From the NCBI GenBank assembly GCA_033763455.1, contig JANRKO010000070.1:1-64000 (forward strand): a stretch of DNA of 64,000 nt. Direction: 5' to 3'. Shown piece after piece: positions 10,457-20,603 of the stretch (positions within the stretch are counted from its first letter, which is position 1; the number at the start of each line of letters is the position of its first letter). The notes below the pieces were generated by a model. That model saw only the letters and a program-made list of their open reading frames with translations, was not told where the DNA came from and did not search any database. This DNA is from Polyangiaceae bacterium (lineage in GTDB: Bacteria > Myxococcota_A > Polyangia > Polyangiales > Polyangiaceae). A program made the translations under genes and the position numbers.

Positions 10457-10654
10457 ATCGAAGCCGGGCGGTCGGGATGGTCGCGCCACACGGGAAATCT
10501 AGCTCTTTGTGCCGCGAGGGAAAAGCCCTTGAGTTTGCGCGCCTGGTGTGTTGCTTGCCCCCCCGGCGAGTCGGCGGTACGTCTCGGAACGCTGATCAAG
10601 AGCGGGTGCCAACGCTTGTGGCCTCGCCCAACGTAACGACAACGGGAGAACGAC

Positions 10655-11302
10655 ATGAAAATATTTATCGACACTGGAGATCTGGCAGAAATCAAAGAAG
10701 CCGTGGCTATGGGCGCGATCGACGGTGTGACCACGAACCCCTCGCTGCTCGCTAAAGCTGGCAAGCCCATCAAGCGGGCTATCGCCGAGATCTGCGATGT
10801 CATCGACGGCCCGGTTTCGGCCGAGGTGCTGTCCACCACTGCGGACGAAATCTTGGCGGAAGGGCGCGAGCTCAGCAAAATCCACAAGAACGTGGTGGTG
10901 AAAGTGCCGCTCATCGTCGATGGGCTTAAGGCTGTTCGCATTTTCAGTCAGGAGGGCATCAAGACCAACGTGACTCTGTGTTTCTCGGCGCCCCAGGCAC
11001 TGCTCGCCGCCAAGGCCGGCGCAACCTACATCTCGCCTTTCATTGGCCGCCTCGACGACATCGCCCAAGAGGGCATGGAACTCATCGAGCAAATCGTGAG
11101 CATCTATCAGAATTACGACTTCGAGACCCAGGTGCTCGTTGCCAGTGTGCGCCACCCAATCCACTTCCTTCAGTCAGCACAGCTCGGGGCCGATGTGGCT
11201 ACCCTACCTTTGAAGGTGATTCAGCAATTGGTGAAGCACCCGCTGACGGAGGCCGGTCTGAAGACGTTCCTCGAAGACGCCAAAAAGATCCCGAAGGCCT
11301 AA
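10655..11302 (+). CDS. fsa: Transaldolase / fructose-6-phosphate aldolase family
   Basis: [19 protein letters not shown] (Schiff-base Lys), [19 protein letters not shown]. Confidence 0.95.
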   Translation: MKIFIDTGDLAEIKEAVAMGAIDGVTTNPSLLAKAGKPIKRAIAEICDVIDGPVSAEVLSTTADEILAEGRELSKIHKNVVVKVPLIVDGLKAVRIFSQEGIKTNVTLCFSAPQALLAAKAGATYISPFIGRLDDIAQEGMELIEQIVSIYQNYDFETQVLVASVRHPIHFLQSAQLGADVATLPLKVIQQLVKHPLTEAGLKTFLEDAKKIPKA

Positions 11303-11338
11303 GCACGCAACCGCACTCACAGGTTTCATAAATTCATC

Positions 11339-11785
11339 GTGCCTGTTGTTATTACTAGAAACGCGCCAGGGGCTCCCCTCTTCGACAAGGGTCGGCTCCG
11401 GCGCGAAGCCGAAAAGATGCTCGCTGAGTTAGAGCTTTCCGAAGCTGAGCTCAGCGTGCATCTCACGCACGATCGAGGGATCCAGAAGCTGAACCTCCAG
11501 TATCGGCAGAAGGACAAGCCGACGGATGTACTCTCGTTCGGGCAAGATGAATCGCTTACAATTCCGGGAGAACCGCGGCTCCTCGGCGATGTGGTGATCT
11601 CCCTTCAAACAGCGGAGCGGCAGGCGAAGTCCCGCGGGAGGCCATTGGCTGAAGAAGCTCGTTTTCTCCTGGCCCACGGTGTGTTGCACCTCGTGGGGTA
11701 CGACCATGAAACACGGCCCGAAAAGCTGGAGATGGACAAGCTCACGCGACGTTTGGTCCGCGCAGCACAGGCAAAAACCGCGTAG
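11339..11785 (+). CDS. ybeY: rRNA maturation endoribonuclease YbeY
   Basis: YRQKDKPTDVLSF and HGVLHLVGYDH. Confidence 0.95.
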   Translation: MPVVITRNAPGAPLFDKGRLRREAEKMLAELELSEAELSVHLTHDRGIQKLNLQYRQKDKPTDVLSFGQDESLTIPGEPRLLGDVVISLQTAERQAKSRGRPLAEEARFLLAHGVLHLVGYDHETRPEKLEMDKLTRRLVRAAQAKTA

Positions 11786-12210
11786 TAGCGGGCACTTTTG
11801 TGTTTTTTTTGGCGCCTGGTTTTCCGTATCGGCTCAAGAACCGATTCCCAGGCCAACTCGGGGTGTTCGAGGGCACAAGCAATGCTCGGAATTTTAATGA
11901 AAAACAGAAGATAACCATTCGTCTTAATTGATTAATTCCTTGAACCCGTAGCGGGTGTTCAGGGCCAAAAACAGCACCGTCGAACGACCGCAAAAACCCC
12001 CTTGTCCATGCGGTTTCAGAGGAGCACTGGAGCCCCGGCAGCATCAAAGAAGCCCGATCGAGGGGGACCCACCGACTTTTCCCTCTTGAAAGCCTGAAAT
12101 AGCCCTGATATCGGTCGCGTGCCATGCAGTTGTTGCAGCAAATGCGCTGTAAGGGCTGTACCTGGCGGGATTCGGCGTCAAAATTTGGTCAATTTTCGGA
12201 GGAAATCGCA

Positions 12211-12522
12211 ATGGCTGGCAAGAGACTTACTAAAGCACAGGTAATCGGAGAGATCGCAAACACGGCAGACCTCGATAAGAAGAGCGTAAGCCGCGTTTTT
12301 GAAGGCCTTCAGGAACTCATCAAGAAGCAGCTCTCGCCTCGCGGCGCGGGTGAATTCGTGGTTCCAGGCTTGGTGAAGCTCCGCGTCGTCAAGAAGCCGG
12401 CGACGAAAGAGCGTCAGGGCATCAATCCTTTCACCAAGGAGCCCATCACCATCCCCGCAAAGCCCGCGAGCAAGAAGGTGCGCGCAACCGCACTCAAGGC
12501 TCTCAAGGACCTCGTTCAGTAA
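12211..12522 (+). CDS. HU family DNA-binding protein
   Basis: LTKAQVI...GINPFTKEPITIPAKP; GGAGG RBS before ATG 12211. Confidence 0.93.
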   Translation: MAGKRLTKAQVIGEIANTADLDKKSVSRVFEGLQELIKKQLSPRGAGEFVVPGLVKLRVVKKPATKERQGINPFTKEPITIPAKPASKKVRATALKALKDLVQ

Positions 12523-12624
12523 GAACAGTGTCTAGTGGGTAGCGGCTCTCATAGGCCAGCTACTTAAGCCCGAATCCCCGACCATTCTTGGTTGGGGATT
12601 CGTGCATTTGGGGTAGTAACAGGC

Positions 12625-13803
12625 GTGCAGGAAGTTCAAATCAAGCCGGGCCACGTACAACCCATTTGGGCGGGGCATCCCTGGGTGTTTGCCCAAGCCA
12701 TGGTGCCGCCCAAACAGCCGCTGGAAGCCGGAGCGGAGGTGCTGGTGGTCGACAGCGAGGGCAAGCCGCTAGGCCGTGGCCTCTATTCGCCCAGCTCTGC
12801 CCTTCGGGTACGCCTGTTCACGCGGGATCCAGCCGAAGCGCTCGATGAAAAGCTGCTGCGCGTTCGCCTGGAAAGAGCGCTTACCGTGCGTCGTTCCTAC
12901 GGGCTGCCTTCGGCCGAAACCAACGCCTTTCGTTGGATTTACGCCGAAGGCGATCAGCTACCGGGGCTCATTGTGGATGTGTTTGGTGAAACGGCCGTGG
13001 TGCAGTTTGGCACCGTGGGGATGGCCCAACGGCGAGAACTGGTGCTGAAAGCTTTGACCAATACGCTCCCACTTCGTGCCGTCGTCGAACAATCGAGCGC
13101 ATTCGCGGCAAAAACCGAAGGCTTCGAAGCTCTGCGTGGCGTTATCTTCGGTGAAGCAAGTAGCGCAACCCTGCGCTTCAAAGAACGTGGCTTCAACTAC
13201 GAAGTTCCCGAAAGCTTGGCCCAAAAAACGGGGTTCTACTTGGACCAACGCCCGCTGCGCGACCGCGTGGAAGCACTCGCAAAAGGGCGCCGCGTGCTCG
13301 ATCTTTTCAGTTACGTGGGCTCCATCAGCCTGGCCGCCAAACGCGGCGGTGCCGAACGGGTGCTCGCAGTGGACTCAAGCGAGCCAGCGCTCACGGTGTT
13401 GAAGGAAAACGCCGAAAGGAACCGCCTTGGCATCGACACCCTGCTGGGTGATGCCAACGAAGTGGTGCGCAACTTGCGCGGCAAAGAACGCTTCGATCTC
13501 ATCATCTGCGACCCACCAAAGCTCGCCCCACGCCGTTCGGCACGAGTTCCCGCCGAGAAGCTGATGCGCCGTCTTGTGCGAGACTGCTCAGAGTTGTTAA
13601 CCCCAGGCGGCATATTAATAGTGAGCTCCTGCTCGGCCGCCCTCGACATCAACACGCTCACACGCACGCTCGCGCTAGGCGCCCGCGATGCAGGGCACAA
13701 CGCCACCGTTTTAGAGCGTGTTTTTCAAGGCGCCGACCACCCAGTACCGGCGGCGTTTTCCGAGGGTCTGTACTTGTCGAGTGTGATTTCAGTTGTGGGG
13801 TAA
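12625..13803 (+). CDS. rlmI: RlmI-like SAM-dependent rRNA methyltransferase
   Basis: GHPWVF PUA-like domain, EGDQLPGLIVD, QKTGFYLDQR, LDLFSYVG, DPPK. Confidence 0.88.
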   Translation: MQEVQIKPGHVQPIWAGHPWVFAQAMVPPKQPLEAGAEVLVVDSEGKPLGRGLYSPSSALRVRLFTRDPAEALDEKLLRVRLERALTVRRSYGLPSAETNAFRWIYAEGDQLPGLIVDVFGETAVVQFGTVGMAQRRELVLKALTNTLPLRAVVEQSSAFAAKTEGFEALRGVIFGEASSATLRFKERGFNYEVPESLAQKTGFYLDQRPLRDRVEALAKGRRVLDLFSYVGSISLAAKRGGAERVLAVDSSEPALTVLKENAERNRLGIDTLLGDANEVVRNLRGKERFDLIICDPPKLAPRRSARVPAEKLMRRLVRDCSELLTPGGILIVSSCSAALDINTLTRTLALGARDAGHNATVLERVFQGADHPVPAAFSEGLYLSSVISVVG

Positions 13804-13850
13804 CTCGCAAGCTCCCCGCCTCTTAGCTCCGTCCGTTCCAGCCGCGCGGG

Positions 13851-13866
13851 TACTTGTCATGACAAG
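13851..13866. promoter_or_regulatory. Second copy of TACTTGTCATGACAAG palindrome
   Basis: Identical to 4498-4513; intergenic, upstream of HAD-argD-argF. Confidence 0.5.
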
Positions 13867-14029
13867 AATCCCTTCATGCACGCTCGGGCCCCACGCCATA
13901 GGTTTGAGCGGAACGGATCTCCCGGCACGTTGCCGGCCCCATCGGCCTTTCGCGTTCCATCACCGCAGCCAAAGCGCGGATTTTGCAAAGTTGTGCGGCA
14001 CGAGCACCCCTTGGGCCTAGGATGCACTC

Positions 14030-14815
14030 ATGCGCCCCATTTCCGCTCTTGCCCACGAAGAAGCCCGCCGACTCCAAGGTTTGCTCTTCGATCTGGATGA
14101 TACATTTCTTACCGAAGGTCAGATCGTAGAGGCCGCATTTTCATCGCTTTATCGCCTGCGCGAAACAGGCCTTGAATTGTATGCCGTCACGGGGCGCCCA
14201 GCGGGTTGGGGCCGCTTAATCGCCGCACAGTGGCCTGTGGATGGCGCGGTCACCGAAAACGGAGCTCTGCTATTTTACCGGGACGGCCACAAGCTTCGTC
14301 AGCTCGATCGGCTGGCTCCCGCCGAACGTCGTGCGAGAACTCGCAAGTTGGAAGCCGTGCGCGATGAGCTGCTCGCAAAATTCCCTGAGCTCGTTCCCAC
14401 AGACGACGCAAGCTTTCGCATCAGCGACCTTACGTTTGACATTGGCGAGCACGAACACGTGAGCCCAGAACGAGTGTGCGAGATGATGGCGTTCGTAACG
14501 GCGCGGGGAGTGCAAGCCATCCGCTCCAGCGTTCATCTACACATTAGCGACGAAAGCGACGACAAAGCCTCCGGCAGCTTGCGACTCCTGCAACTTCTAA
14601 AACGACGAGACCCCACCGAAGCGCGTTTTGGTTATGCCTTTATCGGCGACAGTGAAAACGACGCCGCCTGCTTCTCGGCGTTTCACACGACGATAGGAGT
14701 ACAGAACCTGCGTGGCATTCTCACCCGCCCGCCACGTTTCCTCACCAGAGGCGCCCGAGCCTTAGGCTTTGTGGAAGCCGCCGCACAGCTTGTGGCGGCG
14801 CGTACCACGCGCTGA
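14030..14815 (+). CDS. HAD-IIB family hydrolase
   Basis: FDLDDT, VTGR, ENG, DK, GDSEND. Confidence 0.9.
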   Translation: MRPISALAHEEARRLQGLLFDLDDTFLTEGQIVEAAFSSLYRLRETGLELYAVTGRPAGWGRLIAAQWPVDGAVTENGALLFYRDGHKLRQLDRLAPAERRARTRKLEAVRDELLAKFPELVPTDDASFRISDLTFDIGEHEHVSPERVCEMMAFVTARGVQAIRSSVHLHISDESDDKASGSLRLLQLLKRRDPTEARFGYAFIGDSENDAACFSAFHTTIGVQNLRGILTRPPRFLTRGARALGFVEAAAQLVAARTTR

Positions 14816-15003
14816 ACGGTCCCGCGAAAGCCCTGCGATGGCCGAGCTTTCGGCCACAATCGCCCAGGTTACCCGCAAAAAAGAAGTGCGGCGTGCGCCG
14901 GAGTGCCCGAGCGTCGGCAAAAATCAGCTCTGAGTACTGCCATGTTGGGAGAAAATGCTATGGGAGGGACCCTTCAATCGCCCACGTAACACTTGGGATC
15001 CTC

Positions 15004-16209
15004 ATGTCGAACAGTCAAGCAGCCTTAGTTCAATCGGCACAACAGCATCTCTACCCCAATTATCGGCAGCCCCCGCTCGTGTTTGTACGCGGTGACGGCG
15101 CTGAGCTCTGGGATGCCGAGGGTAGGCGCTATCTGGATCTTTTCGCTGGCATCGCGGTGAGCACCCTGGGGCACGCGCATCCACGTTTGGTGCGCGCGAT
15201 CTCCGAGCAGGCTGGCAAGCTTATCCACCTTTCAAACTACTACTACAACGAGCCCAACGTTCTTTTGGCGGCCAAGCTGTGCGCTCTTTCGGGGATGGAT
15301 CGCGCGTTCTTCTGCAATTCGGGTACCGAGGCCATCGAAGCGTGTTTGAAGCTTGTGCGGCACCACTTCTTTGGCAAAGGGGAAACTAACCGTTATCGGG
15401 TGATTGCCTTCGAGAATTCCTTCCACGGGCGCACACTCGGTGCCCTCGCGGCCACGGGTCAGAAGAAGTACCAAGAAGGCTTTGGCCCGTTGAGCGGCGT
15501 GACGCACGTGCCCTACGGAAACATTGAGCGCGTGCGCGAAGCCATGGGCGACGATGTCGCCGCAATCCTTTTGGAACCAATTCAAGGTGAAGGGGGCGTT
15601 CTTCCCGCCCCTACAGGTTTTCTACGCGCACTGCGCGACCTCACGACGCAGGCGGGCGCGCTCCTCATTATGGATGAAGTCCAGACTGGCGTCGGGCGTT
15701 CTGGGCGCTTTCTAGCTTGCGAACATGATGGCGTACGGCCCGATGTTGTGGCCCTTGCTAAAGCCCTAGGTGGAGGAGTGCCTATTGGAGCCATGTTGTG
15801 CACAAGCGCCCTTGAGGGTGCACTGCCACCCGGTACGCATGGTTCCACCTTTGGTGGCAATCCGCTGGCATCAGCGGCCGCGTTGGCCGTGCTCACAGCC
15901 ATCACCGAAGACAAGCTCATGGAACGCGCTCACGCTTCCGGTGAATTCTTAACTGCGCGCCTGAACGCCGTGGCGGCACGCCACCCGAAGAAGGTGGAGC
16001 AAGTGCGGGGTCGGGGGCTCCTCCAGGGCCTGGTGCTCCGGGAAGGGTACGAGGCGCGCCAGGTTCTCGGCCCATTGAAAGATGCAGGGGTGCTGCTCAC
16101 GGCAGCAGGCGATCGGGTGCTCCGCTTCACGCCTCCACTCACCATCAGCGAGTCCTTGCTGGACGAAGGCGTCAGCAAACTCGACCAAGTACTCGGGAGC
16201 CTAGCGTGA
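15004..16209 (+). CDS. argD: Acetylornithine aminotransferase
   Basis: FCNSGTEA, SFHGRT, EPIQGEGG, DEVQTG, AKALGGG, HGSTFGGNPLA; adjacent to argF. Confidence 0.93.
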   Translation: MSNSQAALVQSAQQHLYPNYRQPPLVFVRGDGAELWDAEGRRYLDLFAGIAVSTLGHAHPRLVRAISEQAGKLIHLSNYYYNEPNVLLAAKLCALSGMDRAFFCNSGTEAIEACLKLVRHHFFGKGETNRYRVIAFENSFHGRTLGALAATGQKKYQEGFGPLSGVTHVPYGNIERVREAMGDDVAAILLEPIQGEGGVLPAPTGFLRALRDLTTQAGALLIMDEVQTGVGRSGRFLACEHDGVRPDVVALAKALGGGVPIGAMLCTSALEGALPPGTHGSTFGGNPLASAAALAVLTAITEDKLMERAHASGEFLTARLNAVAARHPKKVEQVRGRGLLQGLVLREGYEARQVLGPLKDAGVLLTAAGDRVLRFTPPLTISESLLDEGVSKLDQVLGSLA

Positions 16210-17123
16210 CACGGCACCTACTCAATCTGAGCGACCTCGGCAAACCTGGGCTTTGCTCCCTCCTTGATGCAGCGGATCGCTGGCAAAAGGGGCGTGGCCA
16301 GCCCGACGAGCTCCAGCCTCTGCGCGGAAAGTCCGTCGCGTTGCTGTTCGAAAAGGCTTCCACCCGTACGCGCATGTCGCTAGAGGTCGCTGTGGCCGAG
16401 CTCGGCGGACACCCCGTGTTTGTGAGCAATCTTTCCTCGCAGCTTGGCCGCGGAGAACCCATAGCTGATACCGCTCGCGTGCTTTCACGCATGGTGCACG
16501 CTATTACCTTTCGCACCACTTCAGAATCACGGCTGCGCGAAATGGCGAACAATAGCAGCATCCCCGTGCTGAACGCGCTCACAGATGTGAGCCACCCCAT
16601 GCAGCTATTAGCTGATCTGCAAACGGTGCGGCGCGTTCACGGTACCCTTGAAGGCTTGAGTTACGCGTGGATTGGGGACGGCAACAACATGGCCAATTCA
16701 TGGATCGAGGCGGCGGGTTTGCTTGGCCTCAGGCTTCGCCTCGCCTGCCCCGAAGGGTACGATCCCGATCCAGCATGGCTCCGCCTAGCCAAAGAGCGGG
16801 GCGCGGATGTAGAGGTTGTTCGGGATCCAGCACGTGCGGTCCTTGGCGCACACGTTGTGAGCACTGATGTGTTCGCGAGCATGGGTCAAGAAGAAGAACA
16901 AGAACAACGGATACGCGCCTTTGCAGGAATGCGGCTCACCCAGAAGCTCGTAGATTTAGCGGATCCGAAGGTAATGGTGCTCCACTGCCTACCTGCGCAT
17001 CGCGGCGAAGAGATCGACGCGGAAGTGCTCGAAGGGCCAAGAAGCTTCGTTTGGGATCAGGCCGAGGCACGGCTACACACTTCGAAAGCGGCGCTGTTGT
17101 GGTCGCTCGGGGTGCATGCCTGA
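16206..17123 (+). CDS. argF: Ornithine carbamoyltransferase
   Basis: STRTR, HPMQ, GDGNN, SMG, HCLPAHRGEE. Confidence 0.96.
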   Translation: MTRHLLNLSDLGKPGLCSLLDAADRWQKGRGQPDELQPLRGKSVALLFEKASTRTRMSLEVAVAELGGHPVFVSNLSSQLGRGEPIADTARVLSRMVHAITFRTTSESRLREMANNSSIPVLNALTDVSHPMQLLADLQTVRRVHGTLEGLSYAWIGDGNNMANSWIEAAGLLGLRLRLACPEGYDPDPAWLRLAKERGADVEVVRDPARAVLGAHVVSTDVFASMGQEEEQEQRIRAFAGMRLTQKLVDLADPKVMVLHCLPAHRGEEIDAEVLEGPRSFVWDQAEARLHTSKAALLWSLGVHA

Positions 17124-19368
17124 AGCAACGGTGCTGGAGGGTCCCGGGCCGAAAGGGCCACAGGCCCTCGCAGTGGGTTGCTGGCAGTGCGACAGCCCAG
17201 TAGATCCGCTGCGCGCGGCACGTGTAGCGTACATCAGCGACAGGTTTCGTTACTTCTGTAGTGCCGAATGTGAGCTCAATTTTCGGGCACATGGGCGCCC
17301 TCATCTCAAGAAGCAACGCCGTTCAGCTCCTCCCCTGGAGCCTCGCAAGGGAGTTGCGGTCGCCACGGATTTCCCTGCCCGAAGTGATTTCGCCAACGAA
17401 GGCCCAGCTATCGAGGCTCATCTCGACGAAGCAAGTTACGAGGGCGACGATCCCCACGCGGCGGAACGCCGCAGTGTGCTGCCGGTTGTTCCCGAAGGCA
17501 CGGATGTCTCGAACCTGTTGCTTGCCCTCTCCGCACTCGGGGGCTGCCTGGCCATCATTCTGCTTTTGGCCGGGAAATCTGGATCGCTCGAAACGGCGCG
17601 GGTTCTTTTGGCCGTTGCTGGGTTGGGTGCGCTTGCCGCGCAGTATCTGTTAAGATCGCGTGATTTACTGGAGCCGCACCCGCTCGTCGCCCTGGGTGCC
17701 CCCACGGCTTCCGTTGTAACTGCCGTTGTTGCACGGCTCACGTTGCACCCTCTCACTGCTTCGGCACTGAACCTCGCTGGCACGATCCTAGTGGCCCAGG
17801 CGGCCTCCATTTGGCTGGCCGGCAGAGTACGCCGAAAGCTCAGCGCGCAGCGCAATCTGTTGGAAGCAAGCCTGAACGTTACATCCGAACGGGTTAACGG
17901 CGATGACCTCATCACGGTGCCAGCGCTTGAGCTTCGCCCCGGCGAAGAGATCTTGCTGCAAGCCGGCCAAACTTTGGCGGCTGACATTACGGTGGTTGCG
18001 GGTGAAGCCCAGGTGCTTCCTTGGTTGAACGCCAAACACGCGATTGCGTGCAAGAAGGGCGATACACTCGTTGCAGGGGCACGTGTGCTTGAGGGTCAGC
18101 TCCGTGCGGTCGTAGCCTGGGCTGGGGATGATCGCGCTTGGCTACGCCTCACTTCGGATCCGCGAAGGCGAGCTGATCTTCGCTCCGCAGTGCCACGTTT
18201 CGGGCGGCTCATCGGCGAACGGGGCGCCCCACTTGCTGCAGGCATAGCCGCCCTGCTTGCGTATGCTGCTACATCCGATGGCGTGGTCATCGGCTTGTAT
18301 GCCGCAGCGGCGTTCTCTGCCCTCTCGAATGTTGCAGCCGTGCAGATTGCGGCCCTATTCGTAGGGCGCGGCGTATTTTTGGCGCTTGATAGTGGAATTG
18401 CATTTCGAAACCCAGAGGCCTTCGATCGCGCTTCCAAGGTAACAGCTGCGGTTTTTTGCGCCCGTGGCACTCTGCTCATGGGAGAGCCCGAAGTGGCCAA
18501 CATCGAAGCCTTTGGAACCGCCCAGCCGGAACACGTGCTCGCGCTCGTTGCAGGCGCCCAATCCAGCTTCACCGATCCGATTGCACATGCTGTTTTGCGG
18601 GCCGCCAGGGCCCGCGGCATCCGACCCAACGCAGTCCGAGTGCCCATGCTAGCGCCCGGTCTTGGGGTCACGGCCGTAGCATCCGGAGGGGAGCCGCTGT
18701 GTGTTGGTAGCCGCGCGCTCATGTTGCGCGAACGCATCAGTATCGCGTTTGCGGAAAGCCGCATTTCGGACCTTGAGGCCATGGGCAGGAGCGTGCTTCT
18801 GGTGGCCCAGAGCCGGCATCTCATTGGGGCGGTTGGCCTGCAAGACGGCCTGCGCCCCGGTGCACGAGCCGCTGTCCAGCATCTGCTGGACGTGGGTGTC
18901 GAGCCAGTGCTGCTCTCCGCGGATTCACGTGATACCTGCGAAGCTCTGGGGCGAACACTGGACATTGAACACATTCGCCCCGAGTTGCTCCCCACCGACG
19001 CGAGCGAGGCCGTTCATCGCCTAGCCGACGGCGGGGCAACCGTGGCAGTTGTGGGTAACAGCCCTGTGGATGATGCTTGCTTGAGCGCAGGTGAGGTGTC
19101 GATTGCGCTTGGCTCGGCAGGTTCCGGTACGGGCGAATGGAGCGTTCAGCTTGCCTCGGACGACGTTCGCGACGCAGCGTTTGCCGTACGAATTGCGCAC
19201 CGGGCTCGCGAGCTGGCAACTCTGGGGATTATCACCTGTGCCGCCCCCGCAGCGCTTGTGGCCGTCGCGTCAACGCTCGGTTTGGTGCCGTTGGTGCTCG
19301 GGCCGCTCGTGGGCCTCACAGCTGTCAGCATTGCCCTCCTCCGCTTTCGCTCTTCCGGCTCCGGCTAG
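17116..19368 (+). CDS. P1B-type ATPase homologue, predicted catalytically inactive, with N-terminal YHS/TRASH domain
   Basis: Collinear TM/A/P/N domains, but FCARGTL replaces FDKTGTL and TGES, CPC, TGD, GDGxND are absent; N-terminal CWQC...YFCSAEC. Confidence 0.85.
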   Translation: MPEATVLEGPGPKGPQALAVGCWQCDSPVDPLRAARVAYISDRFRYFCSAECELNFRAHGRPHLKKQRRSAPPLEPRKGVAVATDFPARSDFANEGPAIEAHLDEASYEGDDPHAAERRSVLPVVPEGTDVSNLLLALSALGGCLAIILLLAGKSGSLETARVLLAVAGLGALAAQYLLRSRDLLEPHPLVALGAPTASVVTAVVARLTLHPLTASALNLAGTILVAQAASIWLAGRVRRKLSAQRNLLEASLNVTSERVNGDDLITVPALELRPGEEILLQAGQTLAADITVVAGEAQVLPWLNAKHAIACKKGDTLVAGARVLEGQLRAVVAWAGDDRAWLRLTSDPRRRADLRSAVPRFGRLIGERGAPLAAGIAALLAYAATSDGVVIGLYAAAAFSALSNVAAVQIAALFVGRGVFLALDSGIAFRNPEAFDRASKVTAAVFCARGTLLMGEPEVANIEAFGTAQPEHVLALVAGAQSSFTDPIAHAVLRAARARGIRPNAVRVPMLAPGLGVTAVASGGEPLCVGSRALMLRERISIAFAESRISDLEAMGRSVLLVAQSRHLIGAVGLQDGLRPGARAAVQHLLDVGVEPVLLSADSRDTCEALGRTLDIEHIRPELLPTDASEAVHRLADGGATVAVVGNSPVDDACLSAGEVSIALGSAGSGTGEWSVQLASDDVRDAAFAVRIAHRARELATLGIITCAAPAALVAVASTLGLVPLVLGPLVGLTAVSIALLRFRSSGSG

Positions 19369-19454
19369 GCCAAGCGGCGTCTCATGGGCGATACGGCTCA
19401 GTCTGCTGGGGCGGATACTTGACGTAACGTAACCCATGCGGAATATCTAAAAGG

Positions 19455-19940
19455 GTGAAGCCAGGGGCAACTGTCGAAGCACCGAGCCGAGCCGAGGCGG
19501 AGCGCCTGAGGCGCGATCTCGACCAATACATGGCCGATCGGGGCCTCCGCTCCACCGAGCAACGGCGGGCCATTATCGACGCGTTCTTCGACTCCACCGA
19601 ACACATGTCGATCGACGATCTACTCGCGCGCGTTCGCTCCGAAGATCCGCGCGTCGGCTATGCCACCGTCTACCGCACGATGAAGATGCTCACCGAGAGC
19701 GGCGTGGCGCACGAGCACAAGTTTGGGGACGGCTTTACCCGTTACGAGCTGGGGGACGCCACCAACCACCATGACCACTTGATTTGCCTTTCATGCGGCA
19801 GCATCACAGAGTTCGAAGAGCCCCTGATCGAACAGCTCCAAGAGCGCGTTGCAGAGCGCTATCGCTTCCTAGTGCAAGAGCACAAGCACGAGCTCTATGG
19901 CGTTTGCGAAGCGTGCCAGAAAAAAACTCCGGCAACCTAA
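19455..19940 (+). CDS. fur: Fur family transcriptional regulator
   Basis: GLRSTEQR, ATVYRT, HHDHLICLSC, CEAC. Confidence 0.93.
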   Translation: MKPGATVEAPSRAEAERLRRDLDQYMADRGLRSTEQRRAIIDAFFDSTEHMSIDDLLARVRSEDPRVGYATVYRTMKMLTESGVAHEHKFGDGFTRYELGDATNHHDHLICLSCGSITEFEEPLIEQLQERVAERYRFLVQEHKHELYGVCEACQKKTPAT

Positions 19941-19973
19941 CTCTGTATTTTCGCGTGCGCAACCGCCACCGAC

Positions 19974-20603
19974 CTAACCCTGCTGCACAACGATGACGTG
20001 TTTGTCCGTCACCACGAAATCACACGCCACATCTGTCGGAATGATAGGCAACTCCATCAACAACTGAAAATCATAAGCCACCACAGCACTCCTAGCCGGC
20101 GGGCAAAATTCCGGCAGTGTAACGTCGTAAAACCCGCTCCCGTAGCCCAGCCGATGCCCACTCCCCGTCACTGCTAACGCCGGCACCACGATCAAATCTA
20201 GCTCTCCGTGTGCGAGAGCGCGCGCGAGCTCACTCGGCTCCAAAAAGCCGCGCCCCGCATCACTCATTTCCGAGACGCTCGCCACTTCAGCAAAGCCCGT
20301 ACGAATCGTCTCGCCGTTGGGCCGAAGGAACGGATAGGCCACGCGCTTATTCTGGGAGCGTGCGTGAGCATCAAGGGCCCTCAAATCCACCTCACGCTTG
20401 CCCTCCATCGGCCAAAACAGCGCAACACTCGTTGCTTCCTGGTAAGCGGGAAGCTGGAGCAACTGCTCAACAATCGACTCACTGCGCTTCAACATCGCGG
20501 CCTCAGGATAGGCCGTGCGTAAAGAGCGCATGCGCTTGCGGATTTGCTGCTTGGCGCGCACCGTCAGTTGTTCGAGCTCTTCGGGCGAAAAACCGTGTTC
20601 CAC
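19974..20603 (-). CDS. 5-formyltetrahydrofolate cyclo-ligase
   Basis: KQQIRKRM, REVD, DLIVVPALA...RLGYGSGFYD; GTG start 20603 inferred. Confidence 0.92.
   Translation of the reverse strand: MEHGFSPEELEQLTVRAKQQIRKRMRSLRTAYPEAAMLKRSESIVEQLLQLPAYQEATSVALFWPMEGKREVDLRALDAHARSQNKRVAYPFLRPNGETIRTGFAEVASVSEMSDAGRGFLEPSELARALAHGELDLIVVPALAVTGSGHRLGYGSGFYDVTLPEFCPPARSAVVAYDFQLLMELPIIPTDVACDFVVTDKHVIVVQQG

Noticed and set aside
18096..18995. 299-aa minus-strand ORF
   Set aside because: Antisense shadow of the ATPase-like gene, typical of GC-rich DNA.
17116..19368. Functional CopA/ZntA/KdpB, or a simple pseudogene
   Set aside because: No phosphorylatable Asp, TGES or CPx; but also no stop or frameshift, so it is kept as a CDS without a gene symbol.
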